Below, in pieces: positions 1-8,965 of a stretch of 32,000 nucleotides of DNA (positions within the stretch are counted from its first letter, which is position 1; every line of letters begins with the position of its first letter). The notes under the pieces are model-generated. The model had not been told where the DNA came from. It saw only the letters and a program-made list of their open reading frames with translations, and searched no databases. A program made the position numbers and the translations under genes. The stretch is from Microcystis aeruginosa NIES-843 (GTDB lineage: Bacteria > Cyanobacteriota > Cyanobacteriia > Cyanobacteriales > Microcystaceae), in the NCBI RefSeq assembly GCF_000010625.1, contig NC_010296.1, positions 4,920,001 to 4,952,000 of the forward strand. The letters run 5' to 3'.

Positions 1-16
1 GTAGGAAACTTCTATT

Positions 17-278
17 TAGGGTTTGCTGAAAATTACTGAAAGCCTTACTAGAAAACGGTTTTGGCACTTTTTTAGCCCAAAAAGTGCCAGAAACAAACGT
101 TGAGAAATCGATCCGAGGGACTCAAAACCCTTGCACTTTCGCTCTTCGATCTCGAAGGGTTCCGCTTCCAGACGTGCGAGGTCATTCTGTTATTCTGACT
201 TCCCCTCCCGACTCCTGACGACCGACTCCTGACGACCGACTCCTAACCCCACCAATAAACTTTTTGCCGCAGACCCTA
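17..278. mobile_element. MITE family A, copy A1 (TA-flanked)
   Basis: Imperfect TIRs GGGTTTGCTGAAAA (19-32) and TTTTGCCGCAGACCC (262-276), flanked by TA at 17-18 and 277-278. No ORF. Internal hairpin TGGCACTTTTT/AAAAAGTGCCA and CGACTCCTGACGAC tandem units. Termini are shared with the copies at 281-497 and 8704-8921. Confidence 0.7.
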
Positions 279-280
279 TT

Positions 281-497
281 TAGGGTTGGCTGAATAAATC
301 TAAAAACCTTGTTGGGTAAGACTTTTAGACTTTTTGTCAATCAAAAAGTCCAGGACTGGGAGTGATCAGGGGGAAAATTCTGGGACTTTTTCCCTGAAAA
401 TTAGGTAGTTGACCACCTGAAAATCGGTAAAACCCTACACCCCACACCCCACACCCCACACCCTGCCCCCAAGAAAAACTTTTTGCCGCAAACCCTA
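281..497. mobile_element. MITE family A, copy A2 (TA-flanked)
   Basis: TIRs GGGTTGGCTGAA (from 283) and TTTTGCCGCAAACCC (to 495), with TA at 281-282 and 496-497. About 90 percent identical by eye to 8704-8921 over its full length. Carries an internal CCCCACA heptamer run. Confidence 0.8.
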
Positions 498-524
498 TTT
501 AATACTGTCACTTAAAACTCAAAT

Positions 525-579
525 CTGATAACTGATAACCTACCCACTGATAGCTGATAACTGATCACTGATAACTGAT
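525..579 (+). repeat. CTGATAA-type heptamer array (STRR)
   Basis: Tandem CTGATAA/CTGATCA/CTGATAG units that end directly at the desA stop codon complement (TTA, 580-582). Confidence 0.9.
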
Positions 580-1620
580 TTAACCGCGACTTTCCTTAAA
601 AGTTTTGTAGGCGGTTTCGGAGTCGAAAATATGGCAATAATCAACAATTCGCTTCATTAATGCCCAAGAAAACTCGGTTTCTTTCAGGTGACTACCCCAA
701 TTTTCTTTGAGACTAGCGTGAACTTTGCGGAGGTTATAGGAAGGAATCGCCGTCGAGATATGATGGGGGATATGGACATTAATATCGTGACAGAGAATTT
801 CTACCCAACGGGGATAGCTACAGTGAACTGTCCCTTCTAGTTGCGCTAAAGCTTGATTCCAGTCTTCGGGATAGGAAAATTGAATATCGGGGTCTGTGTG
901 ATGGACAAGGGTAAAGGTACTCATCCAAAAATGATAGACAAACCAAGGTACCACCCAAAATTTAACCAATCCCCAAACACCAGTGTAGAAAATTAGGGTT
1001 GGGAAAAAAATAGCGGCAAAAACTAGGACGACAATCATCGAAAAGCGCGCTTTTTCCCGTTCGTTCTCCTTGAATTGTTCGATGTTGAAGTGTAGAATAG
1101 CCCAGTGGGCGATCGAACCAAGCCACCAGAAACGTCCGCGAATGCCGCGATAAAAGAGACGCACTAAGGGATTGGCCGAGTTAAAAGCTTCTAGTTCCCA
1201 CGGATCCCAAGCATTATCTATAGTTACCATGTTAGTTTTAGTATGATGGCGATCATGCAGGAAACGCCAGCAGTGGAAGGGATAGATAAGCGGTAAGAGG
1301 AAAATATGACCGACAAGATCATTAACCCAGGGTCGATTGGAAAAAGACCGATGACCGCAATCATGCGCGATCACAAAAAATCCCGTTAAAGCTGTACCCG
1401 TGAAAATCCAAGCTAAAGGCAGTAAATACCAGGGAGAATAAACTAGCATTGCATAACCCGCAATGACCGCCAAAATATTCGTAATCACTCCAAACCAAGC
1501 TTTAACTGGGTCTTTCTGGAAATATTCTTTGGGAATGCTTTTAATAATATCTTTCAGTTTAAAGTCTGGCTCGATCGAGGTGATCAACTCCCCATGCAAT
1601 TTATCCGTCGTTGCCGTCAT
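580..1620 (-). CDS. desA: Acyl-lipid delta-12 fatty acid desaturase
   Basis: Track ORF 580..1656 trimmed to the ATG at 1620 (GGAG 6 nt upstream; the 1656 start is TTG). Three His boxes: HDCGH, HDRHH, HIPHH. The context [35 protein letters not shown] and the MTAT N-terminus match my recollection of Synechocystis DesA rather than DesB. Confidence 0.85.
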   Translation of the reverse strand: MTATTDKLHGELITSIEPDFKLKDIIKSIPKEYFQKDPVKAWFGVITNILAVIAGYAMLVYSPWYLLPLAWIFTGTALTGFFVIAHDCGHRSFSNRPWVNDLVGHIFLLPLIYPFHCWRFLHDRHHTKTNMVTIDNAWDPWELEAFNSANPLVRLFYRGIRGRFWWLGSIAHWAILHFNIEQFKENEREKARFSMIVVLVFAAIFFPTLIFYTGVWGLVKFWVVPWFVYHFWMSTFTLVHHTDPDIQFSYPEDWNQALAQLEGTVHCSYPRWVEILCHDINVHIPHHISTAIPSYNLRKVHASLKENWGSHLKETEFSWALMKRIVDYCHIFDSETAYKTFKESRG

Positions 1621-1817
1621 GAAATCTCCAATTACACTTAGGTGAACCCTTGACAAGAAATCAGCTAGGAGGTTTGGCTAAATTCTGCTCCCTACCACAA
1701 GCCAATTTTTTTGTCAATATATTTTTAACTTTAATTAATAAACTTCCGCGAAGCTTAATAATCCTTTACTTTATATACCATAAGAGGAGATTTTCTGTTT
1801 TGGCAAAATTTGACGGC

Positions 1818-2062
1818 GGGTGCATCTCATTTTTGTAAATCTACCAATTGGGATTTTTACGGGAAAACTCTCGGCTAAAATCGGGCATTACTTCCGATTT
1901 TATCACTCAATCCCAGCTTTTGGGGGGTTCTACCCCCCAAACCCCGGAGCGCATTAGCTTTTCGGTGAGATGCTTACACGCAGCTGCTGATACATTTGTC
2001 ATCATCTAAGAGTCACTGACAATTCCTGATTGTCGGTATTCCTGCAAATGTGAGATGCACCC
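1818..2062. mobile_element. MITE family C, copy C1 (245 bp, 8-bp TSD)
   Basis: TIRs GGGTGCATCTCATTTTTG (1818-) and CAAATGTGAGATGCACCC (-2062). Perfect 8-bp direct repeat TTGACGGC at 1810-1817 and 2063-2070. A second, inverted copy lies at 30714-31173. Internal G/C hairpin GGGGGGTTCTACCCCCC. Confidence 0.85.
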
Positions 2063-2089
2063 TTGACGGCTGCCTCTTGCCTTCAGAAG

Positions 2090-2103
2090 CTGATAACTGA
2101 TAA
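2090..2103 (+). repeat. CTGATAA heptamer array (2 units)
   Basis: CTGATAACTGATAA followed by an A-run, 33 bp from the TPR gene stop. Confidence 0.6.
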
Positions 2104-2136
2104 AAAAAACAAACATTGACTATTTTTAGGCGTTTT

Positions 2137-3051
2137 TTAGCGACTAGCCGTGTTTTCTAGGGATTTAATCTCCTCCTGTACCTTACGGTGTTCGCGATTT
2201 AACTGTTTTTTGACCGATTCGGGGAGTTGTTCCTGTTTTTTCAGGGCATTATTAAAGTAATCCAATGCCAGTTTCAAAGAGCCAGTATTTTTATCCGTAT
2301 TGCCTTGAATTCTTAGGATTTGACCTTTCAGATACATTAATTCCGGATTATCGGGGGTCGCTTTCAGAGCGTTATCGATAAACTGCAAAGCCTGATCATA
2401 CTGCTTTAAATCCCGGTAAGCTAGAGCTATACCTCGGTCGACCAAGTAATCAGGACTTCCGTAGGTTTCTAGCCGTTGAATTGCCTCTTGGGGACTAGAA
2501 AAGGGCAGATTAACCGCTAAAATCAAATCCATATAACCCTTTAACAGGTTCAATTCCGGATCCGTAGGATTAACCTTTTCTGCGGTTTCCAAATACTGAA
2601 ACACCTGTTGTAATCTGGGGATAGCCGATACTGCTCCTTCGGTTTGAAAAACGTAGGTTCCCTCTAAAAAACTCCCCACCGCTAGATACAAATTTCCCCT
2701 TAAGGGGTCGCTGGCCTGCATTTGCTTGGCCGCTTCCTTAGTTTTCTCGGAGTAGGTTTTTAGGGTGTTCCAATCCTGGTCGGTAAAAGCAAGAGAGGCG
2801 CGCATAGCATGGGACAAAGGTTCTTGGGGTTCCTTTTCTGTGGCCTCAACAATTAATTTTTTTGCCTCTAGATAGTTACCTTGTTTAAAAATAGCGTTAA
2901 AAGCGGCCTCGGTCTTATCACCAATCGGTCGGGGATTGGTTTTGCGGAAAGGATCTCCAGCTAACCCGGGACCAATCCAGTTAACCATTACCATAACAGC
3001 CAGGGAAGCACCGATCGCCATTTTTTTCGTTAAACCTAACCTCAGCACCAT
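2137..3051 (-). CDS. TPR-repeat protein with N-terminal signal/anchor
   Basis: Track ORF 2137..3090 starts with GTG. I prefer the ATG at 3051, which has AAGGAG 10 nt upstream and gives MVLRLGLTKKMAIGASLAVMV, a signal-like N-terminus. The body contains TPR-like 34-residue repeats (e.g. YDQALQFIDNALKATPDNPELMYLKGQIL). Confidence 0.6.
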   Translation of the reverse strand: MVLRLGLTKKMAIGASLAVMVMVNWIGPGLAGDPFRKTNPRPIGDKTEAAFNAIFKQGNYLEAKKLIVEATEKEPQEPLSHAMRASLAFTDQDWNTLKTYSEKTKEAAKQMQASDPLRGNLYLAVGSFLEGTYVFQTEGAVSAIPRLQQVFQYLETAEKVNPTDPELNLLKGYMDLILAVNLPFSSPQEAIQRLETYGSPDYLVDRGIALAYRDLKQYDQALQFIDNALKATPDNPELMYLKGQILRIQGNTDKNTGSLKLALDYFNNALKKQEQLPESVKKQLNREHRKVQEEIKSLENTASR

Positions 3052-3136
3052 GGTCAAAAGTCTCCTTGAGCGAATGAAAAAATCTGTCACAATAGAAACG
3101 GGTTTCTAGACTTAATTTCCAGTTATTTTCCTGTCA

Positions 3137-3784
3137 ATGCTTTATCTCAAAGATGTGGTTTATCATCCTCCCGCTGCTCTCAATCCCATTTTACAGGGGA
3201 TTAATCTCGAATTAGCCCCCCAAGAATTAGGTCTGATTGTCGGCCCCAGTGGTTCTGGAAAAACGACTCTTTTGGAAATTTTAGCAGGCTTTGCCGATAA
3301 AACAGGAGGGACGATTCACTGGCGCGACCAAGAATTAACGGTGCTGCACCTGCAACAATTAGGAGGAATCGTTTTTCAGTTTCCTGAACGTCATTTTTGC
3401 GGTAAAACCATCCTTGAGGAGTTGCGTCTCGGTCATCCGGAGATTAAAAGCGATCGCCTAACAGCGGCCTTAAAGGAGGTAGGATTAGAAAATATTCCTC
3501 TGGATACTTCTCCCCACAATCTTAGTGGAGGTCAACAGCGTCGTTTATCTCTCGCTGTCCAGTTAATCCGGCAGCCTAATCTGTTACTTCTCGATGAACC
3601 TACGGCCGGTTTAGATTGGTCGATGCGTCGTCAATTGGCTAAACTTCTCGCTAGTCTCAAACAACACTGGACTTTATTAGTAGTTAGTCACGATGCCGGA
3701 GAATTATTGCCTATTGCTGACCGTCACTGGAAAATTGAACAAGGACATTTGAGGGAATTAAAAAGTGAAAAAACGGATAGTTGA
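3137..3784 (+). CDS. ABC transporter ATP-binding protein (ECF/CbiO-like single NBD)
   Basis: Walker A GPSGSGKT, signature LSGGQQRR, Walker B LLLLDEPTAGLD, H-loop VVSHD. No permease gene is adjacent. Confidence 0.85.
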   Translation: MLYLKDVVYHPPAALNPILQGINLELAPQELGLIVGPSGSGKTTLLEILAGFADKTGGTIHWRDQELTVLHLQQLGGIVFQFPERHFCGKTILEELRLGHPEIKSDRLTAALKEVGLENIPLDTSPHNLSGGQQRRLSLAVQLIRQPNLLLLDEPTAGLDWSMRRQLAKLLASLKQHWTLLVVSHDAGELLPIADRHWKIEQGHLRELKSEKTDS

Positions 3785-3826
3785 GGTTTTGGGGTATTAG
3801 TTGAAATTTCCCCACTCCCCTCATAC

Positions 3827-3865
3827 CTGATAACTGATAACTGATAACTGATAACTGATAACTGA
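3827..3865 (+). repeat. CTGATAA heptamer array (5.5 units)
   Basis: Perfect (CTGATAA)x5 plus CTGA, ending 4 nt before the rsmG ATG. Confidence 0.95.
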
Positions 3866-3869
3866 ATTA

Positions 3870-4547
3870 ATGATCCTTCCTGAATTATTTGACCTTTGGC
3901 AAGAAACCCTAGAATGGCAACCCGATGGGGCCCAACAAGCGCGATTTCAACAACTTTATGACTTGATTTTAGAGGGTAATCAACGTTTTAATCTCACTCG
4001 AATTACCCAACCGGAGGAGTTTTGGGAAAAACATCTTTGGGATTCTTTATCGGGTTTAGCTTGGTTACAAAAATCCCAGCCAGATTTATTGACAAAATCC
4101 CTATCAGTCATCGATTTGGGGACCGGGGCCGGATTTCCGGGAGTGCCAATTGCGATCGCATATCCCCATTGGTCGGTGACTCTCTTAGATTCCACCCAAA
4201 AAAAGATTAATTTTCTTGAAGAAGTTATTGACAAATTAGAGTTAAATAACACGAAAACTCGTTTAGGTCGGGCGGAAATCGTCGGGAAAAACCTTAAACA
4301 TAACTGTGCTTACGATATCGTCTGTTTGCGAGCGGTAGGTAATGTGGATATCTGTGTTAACTATGCTTTGCCTTTCCTGAAAAAGACCGGAATCGCTATT
4401 CTCTATCGTGGTCAGTGGTCCGCGCAGGATAGTTTAAGTTTAGAGGAGAATCTAGGGAAAGCTGGCGGTAAAATCCTCGAAATTGCCAGTTTTACCACTC
4501 CCTTAAGCGAAAGCGTCCGTCATTGTCTATATATCTCCAAGAAATAA
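3870..4547 (+). CDS. rsmG: 16S rRNA (guanine527-N7)-methyltransferase
   Basis: GidB/RsmG-like protein of 225 aa with SAM-binding loop DLGTGAGFPGVPIAI and the N-terminal NLT(R)I..EFWEKHLWDS pattern typical of the family. Confidence 0.85.
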   Translation: MILPELFDLWQETLEWQPDGAQQARFQQLYDLILEGNQRFNLTRITQPEEFWEKHLWDSLSGLAWLQKSQPDLLTKSLSVIDLGTGAGFPGVPIAIAYPHWSVTLLDSTQKKINFLEEVIDKLELNNTKTRLGRAEIVGKNLKHNCAYDIVCLRAVGNVDICVNYALPFLKKTGIAILYRGQWSAQDSLSLEENLGKAGGKILEIASFTTPLSESVRHCLYISKK

Positions 4548-4549
4548 CT

Positions 4550-5638
4550 TTAAGCGGTGAGAGGATGGAAAAAGAAAGCCAAGGCCAGGATAGCATAGGT
4601 AGCTAAGAGTAACATTCCTTCTAACCAATTCGATCGCCCATCACTACTAATCGAATTAGCCAACCACACCGCTACAGCCACTGCCACCAACTCAAAGGGA
4701 TTAAAATTTAGATCCATGGGCTGACCGATAATATAACCCATGATAACCAAAACCGGAGCCACAAACAGGGCGATCTGCATACTGGAACCGACGGCCACAG
4801 ATACCGATAGATCCATTTTATTCTTAAGAGCGACGGTGACGGCCGTAGCGTGTTCGGCCGCATTACCGATAATAGGCAAAAGAATCACCCCGGTAAACAG
4901 TGCCGTTAAACCTAGCTGTTCCGTAGCCTCCTCTAGGGATGCCACCAATAACTCCGATTCTACGGCCACAGCGATGGTAACGATCAATAAAATCAAAGAC
5001 CAAAACCAGATTTTCGGTTTTGCGGTGCTTTCTCTGGCGCTTTCCTCCTCGATACCGGCAACCCCGACATCGTAGAGATAGGTGTGGGTTTTCATGGAAA
5101 ATAAGAGACTTAAACCATAGACGAAAATTAACACCGCTGCCACGGCCACGGATAGACGTTGCAGGACTGCTTCCCCGACTCCCGTGGAGGTAAATTGCAC
5201 GGCAGTGGGTAAAAGGAGCGCCACCACCGCTAAATTCATGGCCGAGGCATTTAAACGGGCAGTTATTGGTTGAAATTCCTGTTCTTTGAAGCGTAAACCG
5301 CCTAAAAACATCGATAATCCCATAACTAAGAGTAAATTACCGATAATTGAGCCAGTAATCGTCGCTTTTACCACATCGATGAAACCTTCCCGCAAAGCGA
5401 CATAGGCAAGAATTAATTCTGTGGCATTGCCAAAGGTGGCATTCATCAAACCGCCAATATTTGGCCCGACCACCACCGCAATCGCTTCGGTGGCTTCCCC
5501 CATGTAGGCCGCTAGGGGGATAATGGCTAGACAAGCGGTGATAAAAACAACTGTTCCGCTCCAGTGTAGCAGGGAACCGGCGATCGATATAGGCACAAAA
5601 ATTAATAGGATGGCGAAAATGGTGTTTTTGCTTAACAT
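4550..5638 (-). CDS. Ca2+/H+ antiporter (CaCA/CAX family)
   Basis: Polytopic membrane protein with the paired alpha-repeat signatures GNATELI and GNAAEHA in the two halves, separated by an acidic loop (EEESARE). Confidence 0.85.
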   Translation of the reverse strand: MLSKNTIFAILLIFVPISIAGSLLHWSGTVVFITACLAIIPLAAYMGEATEAIAVVVGPNIGGLMNATFGNATELILAYVALREGFIDVVKATITGSIIGNLLLVMGLSMFLGGLRFKEQEFQPITARLNASAMNLAVVALLLPTAVQFTSTGVGEAVLQRLSVAVAAVLIFVYGLSLLFSMKTHTYLYDVGVAGIEEESARESTAKPKIWFWSLILLIVTIAVAVESELLVASLEEATEQLGLTALFTGVILLPIIGNAAEHATAVTVALKNKMDLSVSVAVGSSMQIALFVAPVLVIMGYIIGQPMDLNFNPFELVAVAVAVWLANSISSDGRSNWLEGMLLLATYAILALAFFFHPLTA

Positions 5639-5664
5639 AAAGTGAGTATTTTGTCAAGATAATT

Positions 5665-6288
5665 TTATTTTGATCGGAGATGGGGACTAGAATCGGATTC
5701 TAGCCAAAATTCCCCGGTAGAACCGGTTATTATCCATAATATTGCCCTAAAACCGTCTCTGAGGGACTTTTCTAGGGGTTCGGGGGGTGATTGGGAGGGA
5801 ACAGTCACCGGTTTAATCATAATTCCGCGACTACCAAAAACAATTTCTCCCACTAATCGCGCCCTTCTCATGTGATTATCGGAAGTGACTAGATAGACAC
5901 TATCAATACCTTGGGCTTTCAGTTGATCGGCTAGGCTAGTAAAGTTAGTGACAGTATCTCGCGCATTGTAATCGAGATGGAGACGTTCTGGGGGAATTCC
6001 CGCTTTTTTAAAAATCTTTCTCACATATCGTCGCGGACTACCGGAAGACACCCAAATCGGTAGATCGGGATATTCCTTAGCCAATTTTGCCGCAAAACGT
6101 TCTCGATCGGCATGACCTCCCAAAACAAAAATCGCTTCCGGTTTTAGCCACTGCTGACGTAAATCGTGGTATAACCAGCCTAAAATCGCCAAAATTAGCG
6201 GAATAGCCAGCAATTTTAACCTAGATTTGCCTAACTTCGCTTTCAGAGAAACTCGCTTTTTTCTGCGAGAATTAGCCTTGAGAACCAT
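5665..6288 (-). CDS. DUF218 (YdcF/ElyC-like) domain protein
   Basis: N-terminal basic region plus a TM helix, then a DUF218-like core (IFVLGG..., VYLVTSDNHMRRA). Confidence 0.65.
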   Translation of the reverse strand: MVLKANSRRKKRVSLKAKLGKSRLKLLAIPLILAILGWLYHDLRQQWLKPEAIFVLGGHADRERFAAKLAKEYPDLPIWVSSGSPRRYVRKIFKKAGIPPERLHLDYNARDTVTNFTSLADQLKAQGIDSVYLVTSDNHMRRARLVGEIVFGSRGIMIKPVTVPSQSPPEPLEKSLRDGFRAILWIITGSTGEFWLESDSSPHLRSK

Positions 6289-6290
6289 AT

Positions 6291-6324
6291 ATCAGTGATC
6301 GGTGATCAGTTGTCAGCCTTCAGC
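6291..6324 (-). repeat. CTGANNA heptamer array (degenerate)
   Basis: The minus strand reads CTGAAGG CTGACAA CTGATCA CCGATCA CTGATAT, then the ATG of the DUF218 gene. Confidence 0.75.
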
Positions 6325-6445
6325 TTTGTGGATTAAAGTGATCGAGGGTGAGGGTCATCGAACTCACATTGACGTAGGAGATAGGGATTTTATCCCCTAA
6401 CTGACCGATAATTTTCCCGGAACTCAGGTGGATTGATGCGGTCGC

Positions 6446-7930
6446 TTACATCCCCCACCAACGGGCCACCGCTTCGGGAAGGGGTAGCAAAATACTTAAT
6501 AACAAAGCCAGGGAAAATAAACCTAATAAATCTCGTTTATTATCCAATTCGGTGACATCATTTAAAGCAGGTTGATCGCTGACTGGCATTAATAAGAGAA
6601 TAATCGCCCAGAGTAAAAAATCTGGTTGCACTAGGGCTAAAATAAACATGAATAATCGAGTTAATTGACCGATAATTATGGCGGTTTTCTGCCCATACAT
6701 GGCGTGAACAATATGACCACCATCCAATTGACCCACGGGCATTAAATTTAGGGCTGTAACGATAATTCCTACATAACCAGCTACCGCTAAAGGATGTAAA
6801 TGGATCGCTTTTCCGGCGATTAAATTACTGCCGAGGGCTAGTTTAGCTAGGATAGACAAGAGAAAAGAAAACTGCGGATTTAACGCCTGAAAATTTAATA
6901 AACTGCTTTGATTAGTTAGGGGAACTATTTCCGAGAGGTACAACCCCCAAAACAGTAGAGGAATAGCGATAATTATACCCCCCAAAGGACCGGCCACCGC
7001 CACATCAAATAAAGCTTTGCGGGTGGGTACAGGCGATCGCATTTGAATAAAAGCCCCGAAGGTGCCTAGGAAGAAAGGAATGGGGATAAAATAGGGCAAG
7101 GTAGTTTTAATTTTATATTTAACTGCTGTAAAATAATGACTGAATTCGTGCAGTCCTAAAATAGCAATTAAGCCTAAACTGTAGGGTAAACCTTGCAATA
7201 ATAAACTAGAATTATTTTCTAATTGTTGGGTGGTAATGCCACTTAATCCCGCACCGACCACTGTGGTGGTTAAGATAGTTAATAACAATAAACCCAGGGC
7301 AAGAAAGGGGCGAGTAACTTTTTCAGTTTCTATAGTTTCTGTTTTTTGCTGCCAGGGATTAGCCACAAGAGCGAAAAAAGGTTGTCCCTGAAAACTTTCT
7401 TGGAAAAGCAATAAAAAGCGATCACCAAAAACCTTTTCCACATTGTTTTTAATCACTTGATAAGCTTCTTCGGGAACTGCTCGCAATTTGCCCCGACAGA
7501 GAATTGCCTGGGGACGATAATCGATATTTTGCAGATAATAAATTCCCCAAGGAAAACAATCTCGTAGGGATTTTTCCTCTTCAGCAGTGATCGGTTTTAA
7601 ATCACTTTTAGGTGCAGGATTATCAATATTTTCTAGGACTAAATTCGCTGTTTCCGCTGGTGATGGGGGGCTTTCTTGGGGAGTAACCCGACCCATTTGT
7701 ACTAGCCACCAATACAAAAAAGGGCAGATCACAAAAGGACCGATCAGCAAAAATGCCGGCATGGGGGTATCCTCTCCATAGATTAACGTCCAGCCGGTCC
7801 AAATAAGAGCCGGAGTCATCAGGACTAACCAAATTAACCAAATTGGTGTTGTCGTGATTTTGGCCACGCTACGCTTGACGATAAAATAGGTGAAACCGCC
7901 CAGAATCCCTAATAACAACCACATTTCCAT
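6446..7930 (-). CDS. Site-2 protease family (peptidase M50) membrane metalloprotease
   Basis: HEFSHY (HExxH) within a hydrophobic segment and the second ligand motif NLMPVGQLDGGH. Many TM helices. Size and shape resemble the EGY-like M50 proteases of cyanobacteria and plastids. Confidence 0.85.
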   Translation of the reverse strand: MEMWLLLGILGGFTYFIVKRSVAKITTTPIWLIWLVLMTPALIWTGWTLIYGEDTPMPAFLLIGPFVICPFLYWWLVQMGRVTPQESPPSPAETANLVLENIDNPAPKSDLKPITAEEEKSLRDCFPWGIYYLQNIDYRPQAILCRGKLRAVPEEAYQVIKNNVEKVFGDRFLLLFQESFQGQPFFALVANPWQQKTETIETEKVTRPFLALGLLLLTILTTTVVGAGLSGITTQQLENNSSLLLQGLPYSLGLIAILGLHEFSHYFTAVKYKIKTTLPYFIPIPFFLGTFGAFIQMRSPVPTRKALFDVAVAGPLGGIIIAIPLLFWGLYLSEIVPLTNQSSLLNFQALNPQFSFLLSILAKLALGSNLIAGKAIHLHPLAVAGYVGIIVTALNLMPVGQLDGGHIVHAMYGQKTAIIIGQLTRLFMFILALVQPDFLLWAIILLLMPVSDQPALNDVTELDNKRDLLGLFSLALLLSILLPLPEAVARWWGM

Positions 7931-8034
7931 ATCGGCTCTTTTCTCTTGAGTAAAAGGCGGCTAATTTCAGCCAGCCCGGTCATCGATCGTGCTAAATTGT
8001 AAACCGCATTGATTGTGATTTGGATAGGCAAACC

Positions 8035-8706
8035 ATGCGATCGGAAACCGAATCGTCTCCTTTAGAGGTTAGCAAAACCACAAAACCCCCTCGATTAATT
8101 CTAGAAGGTTTATACGCTTTCTCGCCTAATCGGGAAACCCTAGGGGGAACCTCTTATCTTATTGTAGAAAATACTGGTAATATTCTGGTGGATTGTCCTA
8201 GTTGTGACGAGAGCGAGCGAGATTTTCTCCTAGAAAAAGGAGTCCGTTACCTATTTTTTACCCATCGCGGGGGTCAGGGGAAACAGAGCGATTCTCTGCA
8301 AAGTTTACTTGATTGTGAGATTATTCTACAGGAACAGGAAGCTTATCTGCTTCCTCACCGTCAAATTACCGTTTTTCAGCAGCAAATCCAGTTATCTCCT
8401 ACTTGTAGCGGTTTTTGGACTCCCGGCCATTCTCCCGGCTCCTCCTGTCTCTACTGGCACCATCACGGGGGGGTTTTATTTACCGGTCGTCATCTTCTCC
8501 CCGACACCAAGGGTCAACCGCGACCCCTACAGACCGCGAAAACTTTCCACTGGCCGCGGCAATTGCGATCGCAAAAGTCCATTTTAGACCGTTTTAGCCC
8601 GGAAACCCTCTCCTATCTTTGTCCGGGAGCTAATACCGGCTTTCTGCGCGGTCGGGGAATTATCGATCGCGCCTACGAAAAAATCAGCGCCAATTCTCTT
8701 AACTAG
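8035..8706 (+). CDS. MBL-fold-like protein (degenerate metal motif)
   Basis: Track ORF 8020..8706 starts with TTG; the first ATG is at 8035. It has the overall beta-lactamase-fold pattern (ILVDCP..., TPGHSPGS), but the canonical HxHxDH is replaced by THRGGQG. The TAG stop overlaps the MITE A3 terminus. Confidence 0.5.
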   Translation: MRSETESSPLEVSKTTKPPRLILEGLYAFSPNRETLGGTSYLIVENTGNILVDCPSCDESERDFLLEKGVRYLFFTHRGGQGKQSDSLQSLLDCEIILQEQEAYLLPHRQITVFQQQIQLSPTCSGFWTPGHSPGSSCLYWHHHGGVLFTGRHLLPDTKGQPRPLQTAKTFHWPRQLRSQKSILDRFSPETLSYLCPGANTGFLRGRGIIDRAYEKISANSLN

Positions 8707-8921
8707 GGTATGCTGAATAAATCTAAAAACCTTGTTGGGTAAGACTTTTAGACTTTTTGTCAATCAAAAAGTACCAGGTATGGGAGTGATCAGGGGGAAA
8801 ATTCAGGTACTTTTTCCCTGAAAATTAGGTAATTGGCCACCTCAAAACCGGTAAAACCCCACACCCCACACCCCACACCCCACACCCTGCCCCCACCGAA
8901 AAACTTTTTCAGCAGACCCTA
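8704..8921. mobile_element. MITE family A, copy A3 (TA-flanked)
   Basis: TIRs GGGTATGCTGAA (8706-) and TTCAGCAGACCC (-8919), with TA at 8704-8705 and 8920-8921. About 90 percent identical to 281-497. Confidence 0.85.
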
Positions 8922-8965
8922 ACTAAAGACTTTTTAGAAGCTGCATCGTTCAATTCCCAGAAATT

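Noticed and set aside
1650-1838. 62-aa ORF on the plus strand upstream of desA
   Set aside because: It lies in the AT-rich desA upstream spacer and runs into the terminus of MITE C1. It has a low-complexity composition and no RBS, so it is most likely a chance ORF.
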